DNA of 64,000 nt from Neocallimastix sp. 'constans' (GCA_050613775.1 JBODTK010000012.1:434001-498000), one strand, 5' to 3'. Shown: positions 13,763 through 27,065, counted from the stretch's first letter. Notes: a model not told the origin generated them from the letters alone. A program made the numbers and translations.

Positions 13763-16700
13763 TTTTTTTTTTTTTATTTAATTTATAATAATAATAAAAT
13801 TACATGATATAAATGAAAAAATAACAAATAAAAACATGAAATAAAATATTATATATCATATAATTAAGTGCGTTAGAAGCAATAGCCTCTAAATTTTCCC
13901 ATTCATCGATGATAACACCACGTCCATTATTGCGAGTAATAATTTCAGTATTAGTGTTATCTAACGAATCTGTATTAGTTTTTTCACTGGGAGGTGAAAA
14001 TCCATACCTTATCATTTCGACGTCGACGATCTCGGCAACGGTAGATTCAACGGAATACCATTTCATCATCAATTTAAAAGATCGACAAATTAAAGGTATT
14101 ACGTTTGTTAGAAACTCCGCAATTCCCACAAAATACGGAATAATCAACAAAGTTGAACTTTGTTTAAAAATATTGTCAACTAATTATCTTTGTTTCCCAT
14201 CATTAACTTTAATTTTTTCATATATTGAACGTCCACCAAGAGGAGCACTCAATATAAAGTAATAAATATTATTATCATAATCCTTTTCTGAATCAAAAGA
14301 AACATCCAAGGATTTTTGTTCAATTATCATTGCAAACTTCAAAAAGAGATCATCTAGAAAAGGTTAAAGATTTATTTCTGTAATTTTCCAATTCTTTACA
14401 GGCAAAGATCCAGTGAGAAAAGCTAGGTACACTAACACCACAACAAGGGCAATATATAGGGCAATCTTCTGAGACTACTTTTCTTTTAATGGAAATACTA
14501 ATGTCAAATTTAAAACCACACCTAATTCAAGAAATCCAAAAGAATCCCAACTGATATTTAGGATGTTGAAATGTTAAGTTTTTGATTTCTGAAATAAATC
14601 CAAAATCATTCTCCTTGTAAATAATTGCTTTTTTAGCTTTTGAAGGTTTGAAGACATCTCTTTCCCAATAAAACATTTTTATTTCACTTTTTTTTTATCA
14701 TTTAATTTCTTATCCAAAGTCCTTGATTCTTTAGTTCATGAGTAATGTGACATAGTAGGAATATTATTAGTGAGATGATTAATAATACATAATGAGCTTT
14801 TCCATTTTCTAAAGAAGCGTAATTGAGATATAGCACTGACAGCTGAAAGAGGAGGTATTCTCAATTCACGAGTGGTATCATAGAGACTAAAATAAGAATT
14901 GCGAGATTTAAATCCATAACTCCAATAAAATCCTCTATTAATAATTTTTTGAGCTTTAGAACATCTACTCTTATTTGAACTAAAGAGAGGAACATAATAT
15001 ATATCAAGATTAAGAATTAACGAAATTAAAATATATTTCTTCAATGGGAGAGTAATAGATTTATTAATAATAAATCGAAAGTACGAATTTAACTTGACAT
15101 TTAAATTACTGTTTAATTTGGATTGCATAGGTTTCAATGATAAAGATTCATTAAAAGGAATACCCAAGATAAGTATAGTTGTCAGTTTAAAGATGGATCA
15201 CAAGAAACTTTAGCATGAACTTTATCACCAGCTTTAATAGTTGTTTCTATAAATTTATTGACCATTTTATTAGAACTTAATTCTTCATTATCATCAAATT
15301 CATTAAGAAGAATTGAGAAGTAATTACTTGAGAAAATTTCATTATGCTTTTCATTACACATGTGTTTGGACCACTTGAATCTTCTAGATGGAATAGGAGC
15401 ACAAAAACCTTCTGAGTCATCATTTTTACAGGAAAGGATAAGAGGGAAGTGGTCAGAAATATCATTGAATGTACTACAAATAGATACCTTATTAATGTAT
15501 TCCTTCATTTTACAATTAAATAAAACATGATCAATACAAGACGATCTACCATCCCGAGCCCATGTGAAATCGAGACCTGATAAATTTTTAGTGAACCACT
15601 GATGAGATGATTTATTAAGTAAACTTTCTAATTGGGATTTAGACATATTAAAGTCACCTGCAAGAATAGAAGGTGTATTAATATGTTCTTTTATCCAATT
15701 AGAAATTTCTGAAAAGGCATTCTTTCTTTCTTCCTTATGAGTGACCGAAGGAACATAAATATTACCAATAGTGTATTTAATTTCCCAAAAAGAAGTAATG
15801 TTGACAGAAATGATATATTTATATTCAAAAGGATCTGGAGAAAATGAACATGAACGATGTATACTTTTACTAAGACCTCTCATACCTGGTATATTTGAAT
15901 CAGCTTTTCATAAAATTGTATTATAGTGACAAAGAAATGGATAATTATTTGAATGTACATTAAGGTATTGGCTATTACCGACCTCTTGCAAGCAAATACA
16001 GACAGGTTTAAAAATTTCATTAAAGTATCTAATACCATCATGTTTTTCAGCATTCTATCCATTAATGTTCCAATTGACTCAAAGATTGAAGAATTGAGTA
16101 GACGGTGAGTAAATGCTATTATAAAGAAAATCTTTTACCATTAATTTAGTTTCAAAAGAAGAAAACTTATTGTTGAAATTCTTAGCATAACTGAAAGTTC
16201 GAATTTCGTTGGTTTTGATCCAATTAATTTTATATTTAGGAAGGTATCTAGTAAGAAGAAATAAAATATTTAGATAATAGGTGGGTTTATCATAGTTTAT
16301 TCTTAAAATGAAGTAATTTCCATATTTGGTGTGTGTTTTTTTGTAATTCCATGAACTATTTTATTACAATTGGAAATAGGCATACTAAGAAATTCCCAAA
16401 GTTTATTAACAGACCATGATTGAAGATCATGAATAAAGATAAGAATGAAATCTTTATTCAGAATATCGTATCTTCGAAGGCCTCGCCGCAAAATAGGTAT
16501 AGTTACTGAATTTGAAGAACTGTTATCCATTTCAAGAAAGCCAAAAAAAAATAAAATAAAAAAAGTGTAGAAAATAATAATAATAATAATAAAAAATAGA
16601 TAAATTTTTTTTTTTTAATATATATAATAAAATAAAAATAAAAGAGAAAGTAAATTCCCTTTAAATAGTATATAAAAAAATATTAGTGTTGAATATATGA

Positions 16701-17424
16701 AAGCTTGAATTATATAGTTGTTCTTGATGATTTTATAGTTTTTTGATTTTGTAAAATATTGATTTTATCAGGTATTACTGTTATAGTATTTATAAATTTA
16801 CACAAGGGTTAGAAATTTATTGATACAAAACTACTAGTATATAAAAATGAATGATCATTTCTTTTATCTTTTGGCTGAATGTAATTCTTTCAATTAATAA
16901 AGCTCTTTAAGACGTTAAAAATTTTCTGTTGATTAATAATAAATTAGCAAAAAGTATATTTAAAAAAGAAATAAATATTAGTAGAGAAAGACCATAAAAA
17001 AGATTCCTATCCTTTAAATAATTTCTTAAACACAAGCTTTGGAGTGAATAAATCTCCTACATTTCCATTTTACAATAGCTACATGAAAGTATAAATAATA
17101 CTATAGAAAAATACATATACAAAATAATGCTAAAGAAGAAAAATACAATAGATTCATTACAATGATAATATGTAGAAACTACATGATATTATTAATTATA
17201 CAACTCCAATGTTACTACATATCCAGTTTAAAACAATATAAAACATCAGGTTCATTTTCTACAGTCTTCCAGTATTCCAGTTTTCTCTCTTAGTACTAGA
17301 AGCTACTTTAGAAAGGATAACCATCGATTATTATCAGAATCACAGAAATCTGCAATTAGTACACCTGATATAAGCTATTCCTTTTCCATCAACCCTCTAT
17401 GGACCTGGAAAAACAGTCCACATC
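13763..17424 (-). mobile_element. Degenerate L1/Tx1-like LINE: 5' region, ORF1 remnant, APE endonuclease, RT core deleted, C-terminal zinc-binding region, poly(A) tail
   Basis: APE motifs WNING...CLQE, ILAGDFN, SCIDHVL, ISDHFPL (15182-16080). YLGIP-type post-RT region starts at ~15170, directly after the endonuclease. A CPCCG...HWIFAC motif lies at ~14400-14455. A-tail at ~13763-13776; AATAGAAT is duplicated at 13755-13762 and 17430-17437; the other arm has the empty site at ~26750. Confidence 0.88.
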
Positions 17425-18194
17425 AAAAGAATAGAATAAATAAATAAATTTTTTTTAAATGACATAACGTGAAATTAATAAATATGTAAATATAGTAAAC
17501 TATTTATATATAATATTTTTTAGGATAAGAATTAAATACAATAAAAATAAATAAATAAATATTTTATGTGATGAAACTAAATCAAATGAACTCCTAAATA
17601 TTAAAAAATCTTTCTAATTTTTATTAGTATTATAGTAAAATTGTTTTTTTTAATATATATATATATATACATATTATAACTGAATTTATAATTTATAATA
17701 AATAAATTTATTTATAAACACTCCTCAACACTTTACAAATTTAAAATAAAAATAAAGATTATATATATATTATTTTTTTTTAATCTTTTAATTATTTTTA
17801 TTATTATTATTAAAAAGAAAAAATCCTTGTTCGATATTGTTATATTACAAATTATATATAAGATATTAATGATTGCTCTAATAAATTTTTTTAATATATA
17901 TATCAAATATATATATTTACAAAAAAAATAAAAATTTATAAAATTTTTTTAATATATATATCAAATATATATATTTACAAAAAAAAAAAAAAAATAAAAA
18001 ATTATAAAGTATTTTTTAATATATATATATATATATATATATCAAATATATATATTTACAAAAATAATAAAAAATTATAAAATTTTTTTTTAATATTTTA
18101 TCTTTACTTTTTTTTGCATTTAAACTATATAAGGACTTAATTCAATTTTTTTTTTTTTTTTTTTTTTTTGTTATCCTATATTATTTCATTTCAT

Positions 18195-19796
18195 TTAGTT
18201 TTGCCAAATCTTATTACAGTTCTTAACAATATCTTCACATTTACTGGCATCCCCTTGTGAGGTCCAACAGCCGTCTACTTCTTTATAACATTTATCGGCC
18301 ATACTTTGCTTACAGTTCCAGTCATCCTTTGGACAGCTCAAATAGTCACCTGATGGAGCTGGTGAATCTTGTTGTTCAGTTGGTTTTTCTGGTTGAACTG
18401 GTGGAGCTGGTAGAGCTGGTTGAGCTGGCATATTGTTATTGTTATCATTATCATTATTTGGAAGAGTCTTTGGTGGTAAAGAAGTGGATGGAGTATTATT
18501 ATTATTATTATCAGTAGCTGGGATTTCGGTAGGGACTTCAGCTGGAAGTTCATTTGGAAGAGATTTTGGTGGTAAATCAACTGGAGCATTATTATTATTA
18601 GCATTAGCATCAGCATTAGCATTAGCATCCATTGGTGGAGCATTTGCGTTGGTTTCATTACCTTGTGGAGAAGCAGAAGTTTCTTCTTTGGTTGAGGTAA
18701 CAGGACCAGTGGAACCAATACCCTTCATTAAACTGTTAACAACTTCTGGAGCCTTAATTTCAAAGGTAGTTCTATCAATAAGACCAAAACGTTCACCAGT
18801 ACCTTCAAAGACACCATTATCCCAAATAACACATGGAACACCAATAGCTTTAGCACCCTTAGTGTAATATTCAGCCCATTTAGCACGTTCAGCATCATTT
18901 TCACGACTCATAGCACCAAATTCACCAATAATAACTGGAATATTTTGACTAATAAATTTGGTCTTAATTAAATTGAAGAGGGAATCTAATTCACTTGGAT
19001 TATCGAAGGTGGTAACAGCACCATCAGCATTATTTAAGGCAAAGTTGTATGGAGTATAGGCGTGGAGTGAAACGATTAAGTTATTATCACCAGATGGTAA
19101 TTTGAAGGCATTGATGGCACTATCTTGGGTTGTGGCAGCATAAGTTGGAATCATTAAATGACGTTTAGCATTTTCACCACTACAACCACGAATGGTTTTA
19201 ACGAAAAGTTCATTCATTTGATTAACGAAATCCCAACCTTCACTATCACCACCAGTCCATTCAACTGGATCACCAACCTTTCTTGGTTCATTTAAACCTT
19301 CAAAAATTAGGTGTTCATCATAATCTGCAAATTCAGCAGCAATTTGTTTCCAGATAGCGACTAAAATAGTTTTAGCTTTTTCTAAGTTGTTAGCAAAAGC
19401 ATAGTTCCATTTTTCATGATGAATATTTAAAATAACATAGGCTCCATTTTTATAGGCATAATCTACTACTTCATGAACTCTCTTCATCCAGGCACTATCG
19501 ATCTTATAATCTGGACCTTCGCCAAAGTGACCATCCCATGTGGTTGGAATACGGAAAGTATCAAAACCATCCTTCATTAAAGCAGTGAAAAGTCCTTCAG
19601 TAGTTTTCACATTACCCCAACAAGTTTCAGAAGCAGTTTGATCCTTAGAATAATCAAGTGTGTCGGCACAATTGGCATCTAAAGTATTACCTAAACTCCA
19701 ACCAATTTTCATATTTTTAGTTAATTCCATAGAGGACATAGCATGGCATCCTAAAATAGATAAACCAGCTAAAGTTAAAGTACTAAATAATCTCAT
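18195..19796 (-). CDS. Secreted GH5 (likely GH5_4) endoglucanase with P/T/N linker and C-terminal 6-Cys module, copy 1 (533 aa)
   Basis: Signal peptide; GWSLGNTLDA, RIPTTW, ILNIHHE, FEGLNEP (acid/base Glu), HAY, IIGEFG (nucleophile Glu), WDNG; intronless. Confidence 0.97.
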   Translation of the reverse strand: MRLFSTLTLAGLSILGCHAMSSMELTKNMKIGWSLGNTLDANCADTLDYSKDQTASETCWGNVKTTEGLFTALMKDGFDTFRIPTTWDGHFGEGPDYKIDSAWMKRVHEVVDYAYKNGAYVILNIHHEKWNYAFANNLEKAKTILVAIWKQIAAEFADYDEHLIFEGLNEPRKVGDPVEWTGGDSEGWDFVNQMNELFVKTIRGCSGENAKRHLMIPTYAATTQDSAINAFKLPSGDNNLIVSLHAYTPYNFALNNADGAVTTFDNPSELDSLFNLIKTKFISQNIPVIIGEFGAMSRENDAERAKWAEYYTKGAKAIGVPCVIWDNGVFEGTGERFGLIDRTTFEIKAPEVVNSLMKGIGSTGPVTSTKEETSASPQGNETNANAPPMDANANADANANNNNAPVDLPPKSLPNELPAEVPTEIPATDNNNNNTPSTSLPPKTLPNNDNDNNNNMPAQPALPAPPVQPEKPTEQQDSPAPSGDYLSCPKDDWNCKQSMADKCYKEVDGCWTSQGDASKCEDIVKNCNKIWQN

Positions 19797-20304
19797 TTTA
19801 TTTATTTATGAAAGTTAATAATAATAATTGAATTATAAAAATAAAAAAAGTTTTATATGAAGATTTAATTTTAATTTGTTTATTATAAAATAAAATATAT
19901 ATATTTTCTGTTTGAAATCTTCTAATTATATTTAAAAAATAAAATAATAATCTATAATACAAATTTTATAAATAAATAAAAAATGATAATAAATATTTTA
20001 TATTTATATATACAAAAATAAAAATACAATTTATATATATTAAAATTAAAATTAAAATTGGAATTAAAAAAAAAAAAATTACAAATGGAAAGGAAAAAAT
20101 GATGTTTTTATATACAATATTTTTTATATTTACTTATTTATTTATAGTAATGATTATAATATAATTAATATTTAAAATTTTATTTCATTTTAATTTTTTT
20201 TACTTAATTTTATTTAATTTTATGTATAATAATTTTTTTTACTTATATCTTTAATTTTATAATTATTAATTATAAATTTATACCAATAAATTTTTGTTAT
20301 CCTA

Positions 20305-20800
20305 TATTAATGTCCTCAATAAATGATTAGTTTATGTCAGAATATTTAATTTTTTTTTTTATTTTTTATTTTATTATTAATTGGAATTTAAATTTTTATT
20401 TTATTTTATTATTAATTAGAATTTAAATGTCCTCAATAAATTATTAGTTTGTGTCAGAATATTTAATTTTTTTTTTTTATTTTTTATTTTATTATTAATT
20501 AGAATTTAAATTTTATTTTATTTTATTATTAGTTAGAATTTAAATGTCCTAAATAAATTATTAGTTTGTGTCAGAATATTTAATTTTTTTTTATTTTATT
20601 ATTAATTAGAATTTAAATGTCCTCAATAAATGATTAGTTTGTGTCAAAATATTTTTTTTTTTTATTTTTTATTTTATTATTAATTAGAATTTAAATTTTT
20701 TTTTTATTTTTATTTTATTATTAATTAGAATTTAATTTTATTTATTTTATTATTAATTAGAATTTAATTTTTTTTTTTTTTTATTTTTATTTTATTATTA
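20305..20800. repeat. Compound tandem repeat upstream of GH5 copy 1 (4 copies of aatgtcctcaataaa..ttagtttgtgtcagaat)
   Basis: Units start near 20310, 20426, 20544 and 20616, interleaved with ttattattaattagaatttaaat units. The mirror region is 23545-23878. Confidence 0.85.
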
Positions 20801-21063
20801 ATATATATATATACATATATATATTAATATGAAATAAAGGAAAATATATATAATAAGTTCTTTCTTTTTTTTTTTTATTTTATAACGAAAAAGATAAAAT
20901 AATCTTATTAATAAATAATATTAAATATGCTAATTGTATATTAAAGATTTATTAGATCAAAGTATTAAAATAAAAGAAATAAACCTGAACTAATACGGAA
21001 AATTTAAATAATAATGAATAATTAATTAATTAAATAATAATATGATAAAGTATGCGAGTGTGT

Positions 21064-21200
21064 GGTATTTCGCAAAATTTCATTTAGGAAAAGTTTCAAT
21101 TCGCAAAATTTTTTGTCTCATTTCGAAAAATTTCAAATGAAATTATTTATGTAAATTTTCCGAAATGAAACTTTCCGAAATGAAATTTTTCGAAATGTTC
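21064..21200. mobile_element. Small MITE-like palindromic element built of catttcg/cgaaatg subrepeats; internally shortened mirror copy at 22170-22254
   Basis: ggtatttcgcaaaatttcatttaggaaaagtttc is approximately the inverse of gaaactttccgaaatgaaatttttcgaaatgttcc. Confidence 0.55.
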
Positions 21201-21889
21201 CTCCAAAGTACGCAATGTTCAGTATCTCTTACTGGGAGAAGTTTTATTTATTTATTTATTTATTTATTTATATAATTTATTAATATAAATAATATTTTAC
21301 TTATTTATTTATTAAAAATTTATTTATTTATTTTATAATTTAAATTTATTTAATTAAATACTAAATTTTATAAATTTAGATTTTAATATTACTAAACTAA
21401 TTTTATTAATAAAAATATATTTAATTTGGCAATTTTACTATTGCAATTTCAAAGAATTAACATAAAAAAAAGTATTCGTTATATAATTTTCTTTAACTAT
21501 AAACTATTTTAAAATAATTAAAATTAAATATTTAGTTAAATATTACAAAAAGTATAATAAATAATAAAATATTTATAATAATTATAACATATAAAAATAT
21601 AATAAAAATATAATAAAATAATTAAAATGAAATAAAATAAAACTTTATAAATTATTTACATATTTACATAACATAAAATTTATGTCATAAATTTTATTTT
21701 TACATTAATTTTATGTGCTTTATGGGGAGGTTGCATTAAGCCAATATACACGCGATATATATAAATATGTGGCTATAATTATATTATGCTAAATATTATT
21801 ATTTTATTGTATTATTTTGTTATTTCAATTTTTAATTAATTATTAAGTGAACAATTATATAAATCATATAATGGTTAGTTTTATGATTT

Positions 21890-22055
21890 TAATTCTTTTA
21901 TTTAAATGTTATTAATAAAAGAATTATATAAAAATATAAATGTCATTAATAATTATTCTTTATTTAAATGCTATTAATAAAAGAATTATATAAAAATATA
22001 AATGTTATTAATAATTATTCTTTTATTTAAATGTTATTAATAAAAGAATTATATA
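21890..22055. repeat. ~61-bp tandem repeat, ~2.6 copies, in the palindrome spacer
   Basis: ttctt(t)tatttaaatgYtattaataaaagaattatata occurs three times. Confidence 0.8.
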
Positions 22056-22096
22056 TTTTTAAATAAGTAAAATATTATTTATATTAATAAATTACA

Positions 22097-22127
<31 letters not shown>

Positions 22128-24388
22128 AACTTCTCCCAGTAAGAGATACCGAATATGGCGTACTTTGGAGGAACATTTCGAAAAATTTCATTTCGAAAAG
22201 TTTCATTTCGGAAAATTTACATAAATAATTTCATTTGAAATTTTGCGAAATACCACACACTCGCGTACTTTATCATATTATTATTTAATTAATTCATTAT
22301 TCATTATTAATATTAAATATTATTATTTAATAATTCATTATTCATTATTATTTAAATTTTCCGTATTAGTTCAGGTTTATTTCTTTTGTTTTAATACTTT
22401 GATCTAATAAATATTAAATATACAATTAGCATATTTAATATTACTTATTAATAAGATTATTTTATCTTTTTCTTTATAAAATAAAAAAAAAAAAAAGAAA
22501 TTCATTATATATATTTTCCCCTTTATTTCATATTAATATATATATGTATATATAAAACTACAAAGATTAAAACTTTTTTTTTTTTTTTACCTCTCTACTT
22601 ATATTTATTAATAAATTAATAAATAAATTTCTATAAACTATACTTTTATAATTGTTAATAACGATATTAATAATTTTTAATAAATTATATATTAAATATC
22701 TTTTTTTTTTTTTTTTTTTTAATAAATAATTTAATATCTTTTCATCTATAATTATTATGAAAATGAAACAACTATTTAATTTTAGATATTTTATATTTAT
22801 TATTAATTAGCTGTTATTTATTATTAATTAATATTTATTTATTATAAAATAGTTATTATTATTAAATAATATTTATTTATTATTAAATAAGAGCTATTAT
22901 TATTAATTAATAGTTATTATTAAATAATATCTAATTGTAGATATTTCATTAATTAGTTATTATTTATGATTTATTATTCCAATTATTTTTATTTAATAAT
23001 AAGTTATAATTAATAATAATATTATCATATTTATTAATTAAATAATAATAATTAATATTAAACTATTTTTATTTTTAAAAATTTTAATTTTTTTGTTTAA
23101 AATGAATAACAATGATTTTGAGATTGTGCTAAAAAAAGATATTGAATAAAGCTATTTTAATGTAAATAGGAAAAGAACCAATTATTCAAAATAAAGCAAT
23201 CATAAATAATAATAAATTAATGAAATAATGAAATAAAAATAAAATAAATTAAAACAACGAAAATAAAATCAAAAATTTTAAATAATATGATTATAATCTA
23301 ATAATAATAAATAATATGATTATAACCTAATAATAATAAATAATAATATGTAATATGAGAGAGATATTTAGCCAATGTGTAACAAATTTGTTTTATGTAT
23401 GAATTGCATAAAACAAACCATAAAAACAGTTAATTAACTCTTTATTTTTTATATTAAATTTTTATGCCGCTTTGAACATAAATTAAGTAATGGATAAATA
23501 ATAAAATTATGAAATAATTTTTTTTTTTATTTCAACGGCCATAAATTTAAATTCTAATTAATAATAAAATAAAAATAAAAAAAAAAAAATTTAAATTCTA
23601 ATTAATAATAAAATAAAAATAAAAAAAAAAAATTTAAATTCTAATTAATAATAAAATAAAAATAAAAAAAAAAATTTAAATTCTAATTAATAATAAAATA
23701 AAAATAAAAAAAAAAAATTAAATATTCTTACACAAACTAATAATTTATTGAGGACATTTAAATTCTAATTAATAATAAAATAAAATAAAAATTTAAATTC
23801 CAATTAATAATAAAATAAAAAATAAAAAAAAAAATTAAATATTCTGACATAAACTAATCATTTATTGAGGACATTAATATAGGATAACAAAAATTTATTG
23901 GTATAAATTTATAATTAATAATTATAAAATTAAAGATATAAGTAAAAAAAATTATTATACATAAAATTAAATAAAATTAAGTAAAAAAAATTAAAATGAA
24001 ATAAAATTTTAAATATTAATTATATTATAATCATTACTATAAATAAATAAGTAAATATAAAAAATATTGTATATAAAAACATCATTTTTTCCTTTCCATT
24101 TGTAATTTTTTTTTTTTTTAATTCCAATTTTAATTTTAATTTTAATATATATAAATTGTATTTTTATTTTTGTATATATAAATATAAAATATTTATTATC
24201 ATTTTTTATTTATTTATAAAATTTGTATTATAGATTATTATTTTATTTTTTAAATATAATTAGAAGATTTCAAACAGAAAATATATATATTTTATTTTAT
24301 AATAAACAAATTAAAATTAAATCTTCATATAAAACTTTTTTTATTTTTATAATTCAATTATTATTATTAACTTTCATAAATAAATAAA

Positions 24389-25999
24389 ATGAGATTATTT
24401 AGTACTTTAACTTTAGCTGGTTTATCTATTTTAGGATGCCATGCTATGTCCTCTATGGAATTAACTAAAAATATGAAAATTGGTTGGAGTTTAGGTAATA
24501 CTTTAGATGCCAATTGTGCCGACACACTTGATTATTCTAAGGATCAAACTGCTTCTGAAACTTGTTGGGGTAATGTGAAAACTACTGAAGGACTTTTCAC
24601 TGCTTTAATGAAGGATGGTTTTGATACTTTCCGTATTCCAACCACATGGGATGGTCACTTTGGCGAAGGTCCAGATTATAAGATCGATAGTGCCTGGATG
24701 AAGAGAGTTCATGAAGTAGTAGATTATGCCTATAAAAATGGAGCCTATGTTATTTTAAATATTCATCATGAAAAATGGAACTATGCTTTTGCTAACAACT
24801 TAGAAAAAGCTAAAACTATTTTAGTCGCTATCTGGAAACAAATTGCTGCTGAATTTGCAGATTATGATGAACACCTAATTTTTGAAGGTTTAAATGAACC
24901 AAGAAAGGTTGGTGATCCAGTTGAATGGACTGGTGGTGATAGTGAAGGTTGGGATTTCGTTAATCAAATGAATGAACTTTTCGTTAAAACCATTCGTGGT
25001 TGTAGTGGTGAAAATGCTAAACGTCATTTAATGATTCCAACTTATGCTGCCACAACCCAAGATAGTGCCATCAATGCCTTCAAATTACCATCTGGTGATA
25101 ATAACTTAATCGTTTCACTCCACGCCTATACTCCATACAACTTTGCCTTAAATAATGCTAATGGTGCTGTTACCACCTTCGATAATCCAAGTGAATTAGA
25201 TTCCCTCTTCAATTTAATTAAGACCAAATTTATTAGTCAAAATATTCCAGTTATTATTGGTGAATTTGGTGCTATGAGTCGTGAAAATGATGCTGAACGT
25301 GCTAAATGGGCTGAATATTACACTAAGGGTGCTAAAGCTATTGGTGTTCCATGTGTTATTTGGGATAATGGTGTCTTTGAAGGTACTGGTGAACGTTTTG
25401 GTCTTATTGATAGAACTACCTTTGAAATTAAGGCTCCAGAAGTTGTTAACAGTTTAATGAAGGGTATTGGTTCCACTGGTCCTGTTACCCCAACCAAAGA
25501 AGAAACTTCTGCTTTTCCACAAGGTAATGAAACCAACGCAAATGTTCCACCAATGGATGCTAATGCTAATGCTGATGCTAATGCTAATAATAATAATGCT
25601 CCAGTTGATTTACCACCAAAATCTCTTCCAAATGAACTTCCAGCTGAAGTCCCTACCGAAATCCCAACTACTGATAATAATAATAATAATACTCCATCCA
25701 CTTCTTTACCACCAAAGACTCTTCCAAATAATGATAATGATAACAATAACAATATGCCAGCTCAACCAGCTCTACCAGCTCTACCAGCTCCACCAGTTCA
25801 ACCAGAACAACCAACTGAACAACAAGATTCACCAGCTCCATCAGGTGACTATTTGAGCTGTCCAAAGGATGACTGGAACTGTAAGCAAAGTATGGCCGAT
25901 AAATGTTATAAAGAAGTCGATGGCTGTTGGACCTCACAAGGGGATGCCAGTAAATGTGAAGATATTGTTAAGAACTGTAATAAGATTTGGCAAAACTAA
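24389..25999 (+). CDS. Secreted GH5 (likely GH5_4) endoglucanase, copy 2 (536 aa)
   Basis: Same motifs as copy 1. Differs by one catalytic-domain substitution (NNADG/NNANG), five linker substitutions and a 3-aa PAL duplication. Confidence 0.97.
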   Translation: MRLFSTLTLAGLSILGCHAMSSMELTKNMKIGWSLGNTLDANCADTLDYSKDQTASETCWGNVKTTEGLFTALMKDGFDTFRIPTTWDGHFGEGPDYKIDSAWMKRVHEVVDYAYKNGAYVILNIHHEKWNYAFANNLEKAKTILVAIWKQIAAEFADYDEHLIFEGLNEPRKVGDPVEWTGGDSEGWDFVNQMNELFVKTIRGCSGENAKRHLMIPTYAATTQDSAINAFKLPSGDNNLIVSLHAYTPYNFALNNANGAVTTFDNPSELDSLFNLIKTKFISQNIPVIIGEFGAMSRENDAERAKWAEYYTKGAKAIGVPCVIWDNGVFEGTGERFGLIDRTTFEIKAPEVVNSLMKGIGSTGPVTPTKEETSAFPQGNETNANVPPMDANANADANANNNNAPVDLPPKSLPNELPAEVPTEIPTTDNNNNNTPSTSLPPKTLPNNDNDNNNNMPAQPALPALPAPPVQPEQPTEQQDSPAPSGDYLSCPKDDWNCKQSMADKCYKEVDGCWTSQGDASKCEDIVKNCNKIWQN

Positions 26000-26024
26000 A
26001 TGAAATGAAATAATATAGGATAAC

Positions 26025-26055
<31 letters not shown>

Positions 26056-26957
26056 ATTAAGTCCTTATATAGTTTAAATGCAAAAAAAAGTAAAGATAAA
26101 ATATTAAAAAAAATTTTATAATTTTTTATTATTTTTGTAAATATATATATTTGATATATATATATATATATTAAAAAATACTTTATAATTTTTTATTTTT
26201 TTTTTTTTTTGTAAATATATATATTTGATATATATATTAAAAAAATTTTATAAATTTTTATTTTTTTTGTAAATATATATATTTGATATATATATATTAA
26301 AAAAATTTATTAGAGCAATCATTAATATCTTATATATAATTTGTAATATAACAATATCGAATAAGGATTTTTTCTTTTTAATAATAATAATAAAAATAAT
26401 TAAAAGATTGAAAAAAATAATATATATATATAATCTTTATTTTTATTTTAAATTTGTAAAGTGTTGGGGAGTGTTTATAAATAAATTTATTTATTATAAA
26501 TTATAAATTCAGTTATAATATGTATATATATATATTAAAAAAAACAATTTTACTATAATACTAATAAAAATTAGAAAGATTTTTTAATATTTAGGAGTTC
26601 ATTTGATTTAGTTTCATCACATAAAATATTTATATATTTATTTTTATTGTATTTAATTCCTATCCTAAAAAATATTATATATAAATAGTTTACTATATTT
26701 ACATATTTATTAATTTCACGTTATATCATTTAAAAAAAAAAAATTATTTATTCTATTCTTTTTTTTTTTTTTTATTATTATTATTTTTTATGTGTAATCA
26801 TAGCAATAAAAGGATATTCTCGGATGGGAATTCTTTTATAGTCTTTCACTCTTAACATTTTATTTACCTTTTCATTAATTTTTATATGATAACTTTACAG
26901 AAAATAATTACATTAGTCCGAATTATATTAATTATATTAATTATATTATTATTATTT

Positions 26958-27065
26958 TTTTATCTTTTTTTTTTATTATTTTATTACATGTATTTTATCA
27001 AATATTTAATTAATAAAGATGAAACAAGTTTGTTGCCGTTAAAAAAAAAAAAAAAAAAAAAAAAA
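26958..27065 (+). mobile_element. Short poly(A)-tailed retroposed insertion
   Basis: Absent from the left arm (~13570-13580); ends in ~A25; flanked by ATTATTATTATTT at 26945-26957 and 27066-27078. Confidence 0.6.

Larger units (their letters stand above)
13240..21306 (-). repeat. Left arm of a large inverted segmental duplication (pairs with 22061-28590)
   Basis: Reverse-complement matches: 13240-13370/28440-28590, 13385-13760/26750-27260, 17425-20760/23545-26760, 20805-21306/22061-22554. Confidence 0.92.

Noticed and set aside
13909..14262. 117-aa antisense ORF preserved in both LINE copies (also 27928-28278)
   Set aside because: Explained by nucleotide similarity of the two copies; no recognisable motif.
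18257..18867. Overlapping ORFs within the GH5 genes (also 25318-25937)
   Set aside because: Shadow frames of the repetitive linker; they recur only because the gene is duplicated.
20305..20800. Repeat-spacer-like pattern resembling a CRISPR array
   Set aside because: The spacers are themselves repeats, the context is eukaryotic, and there are no cas genes.
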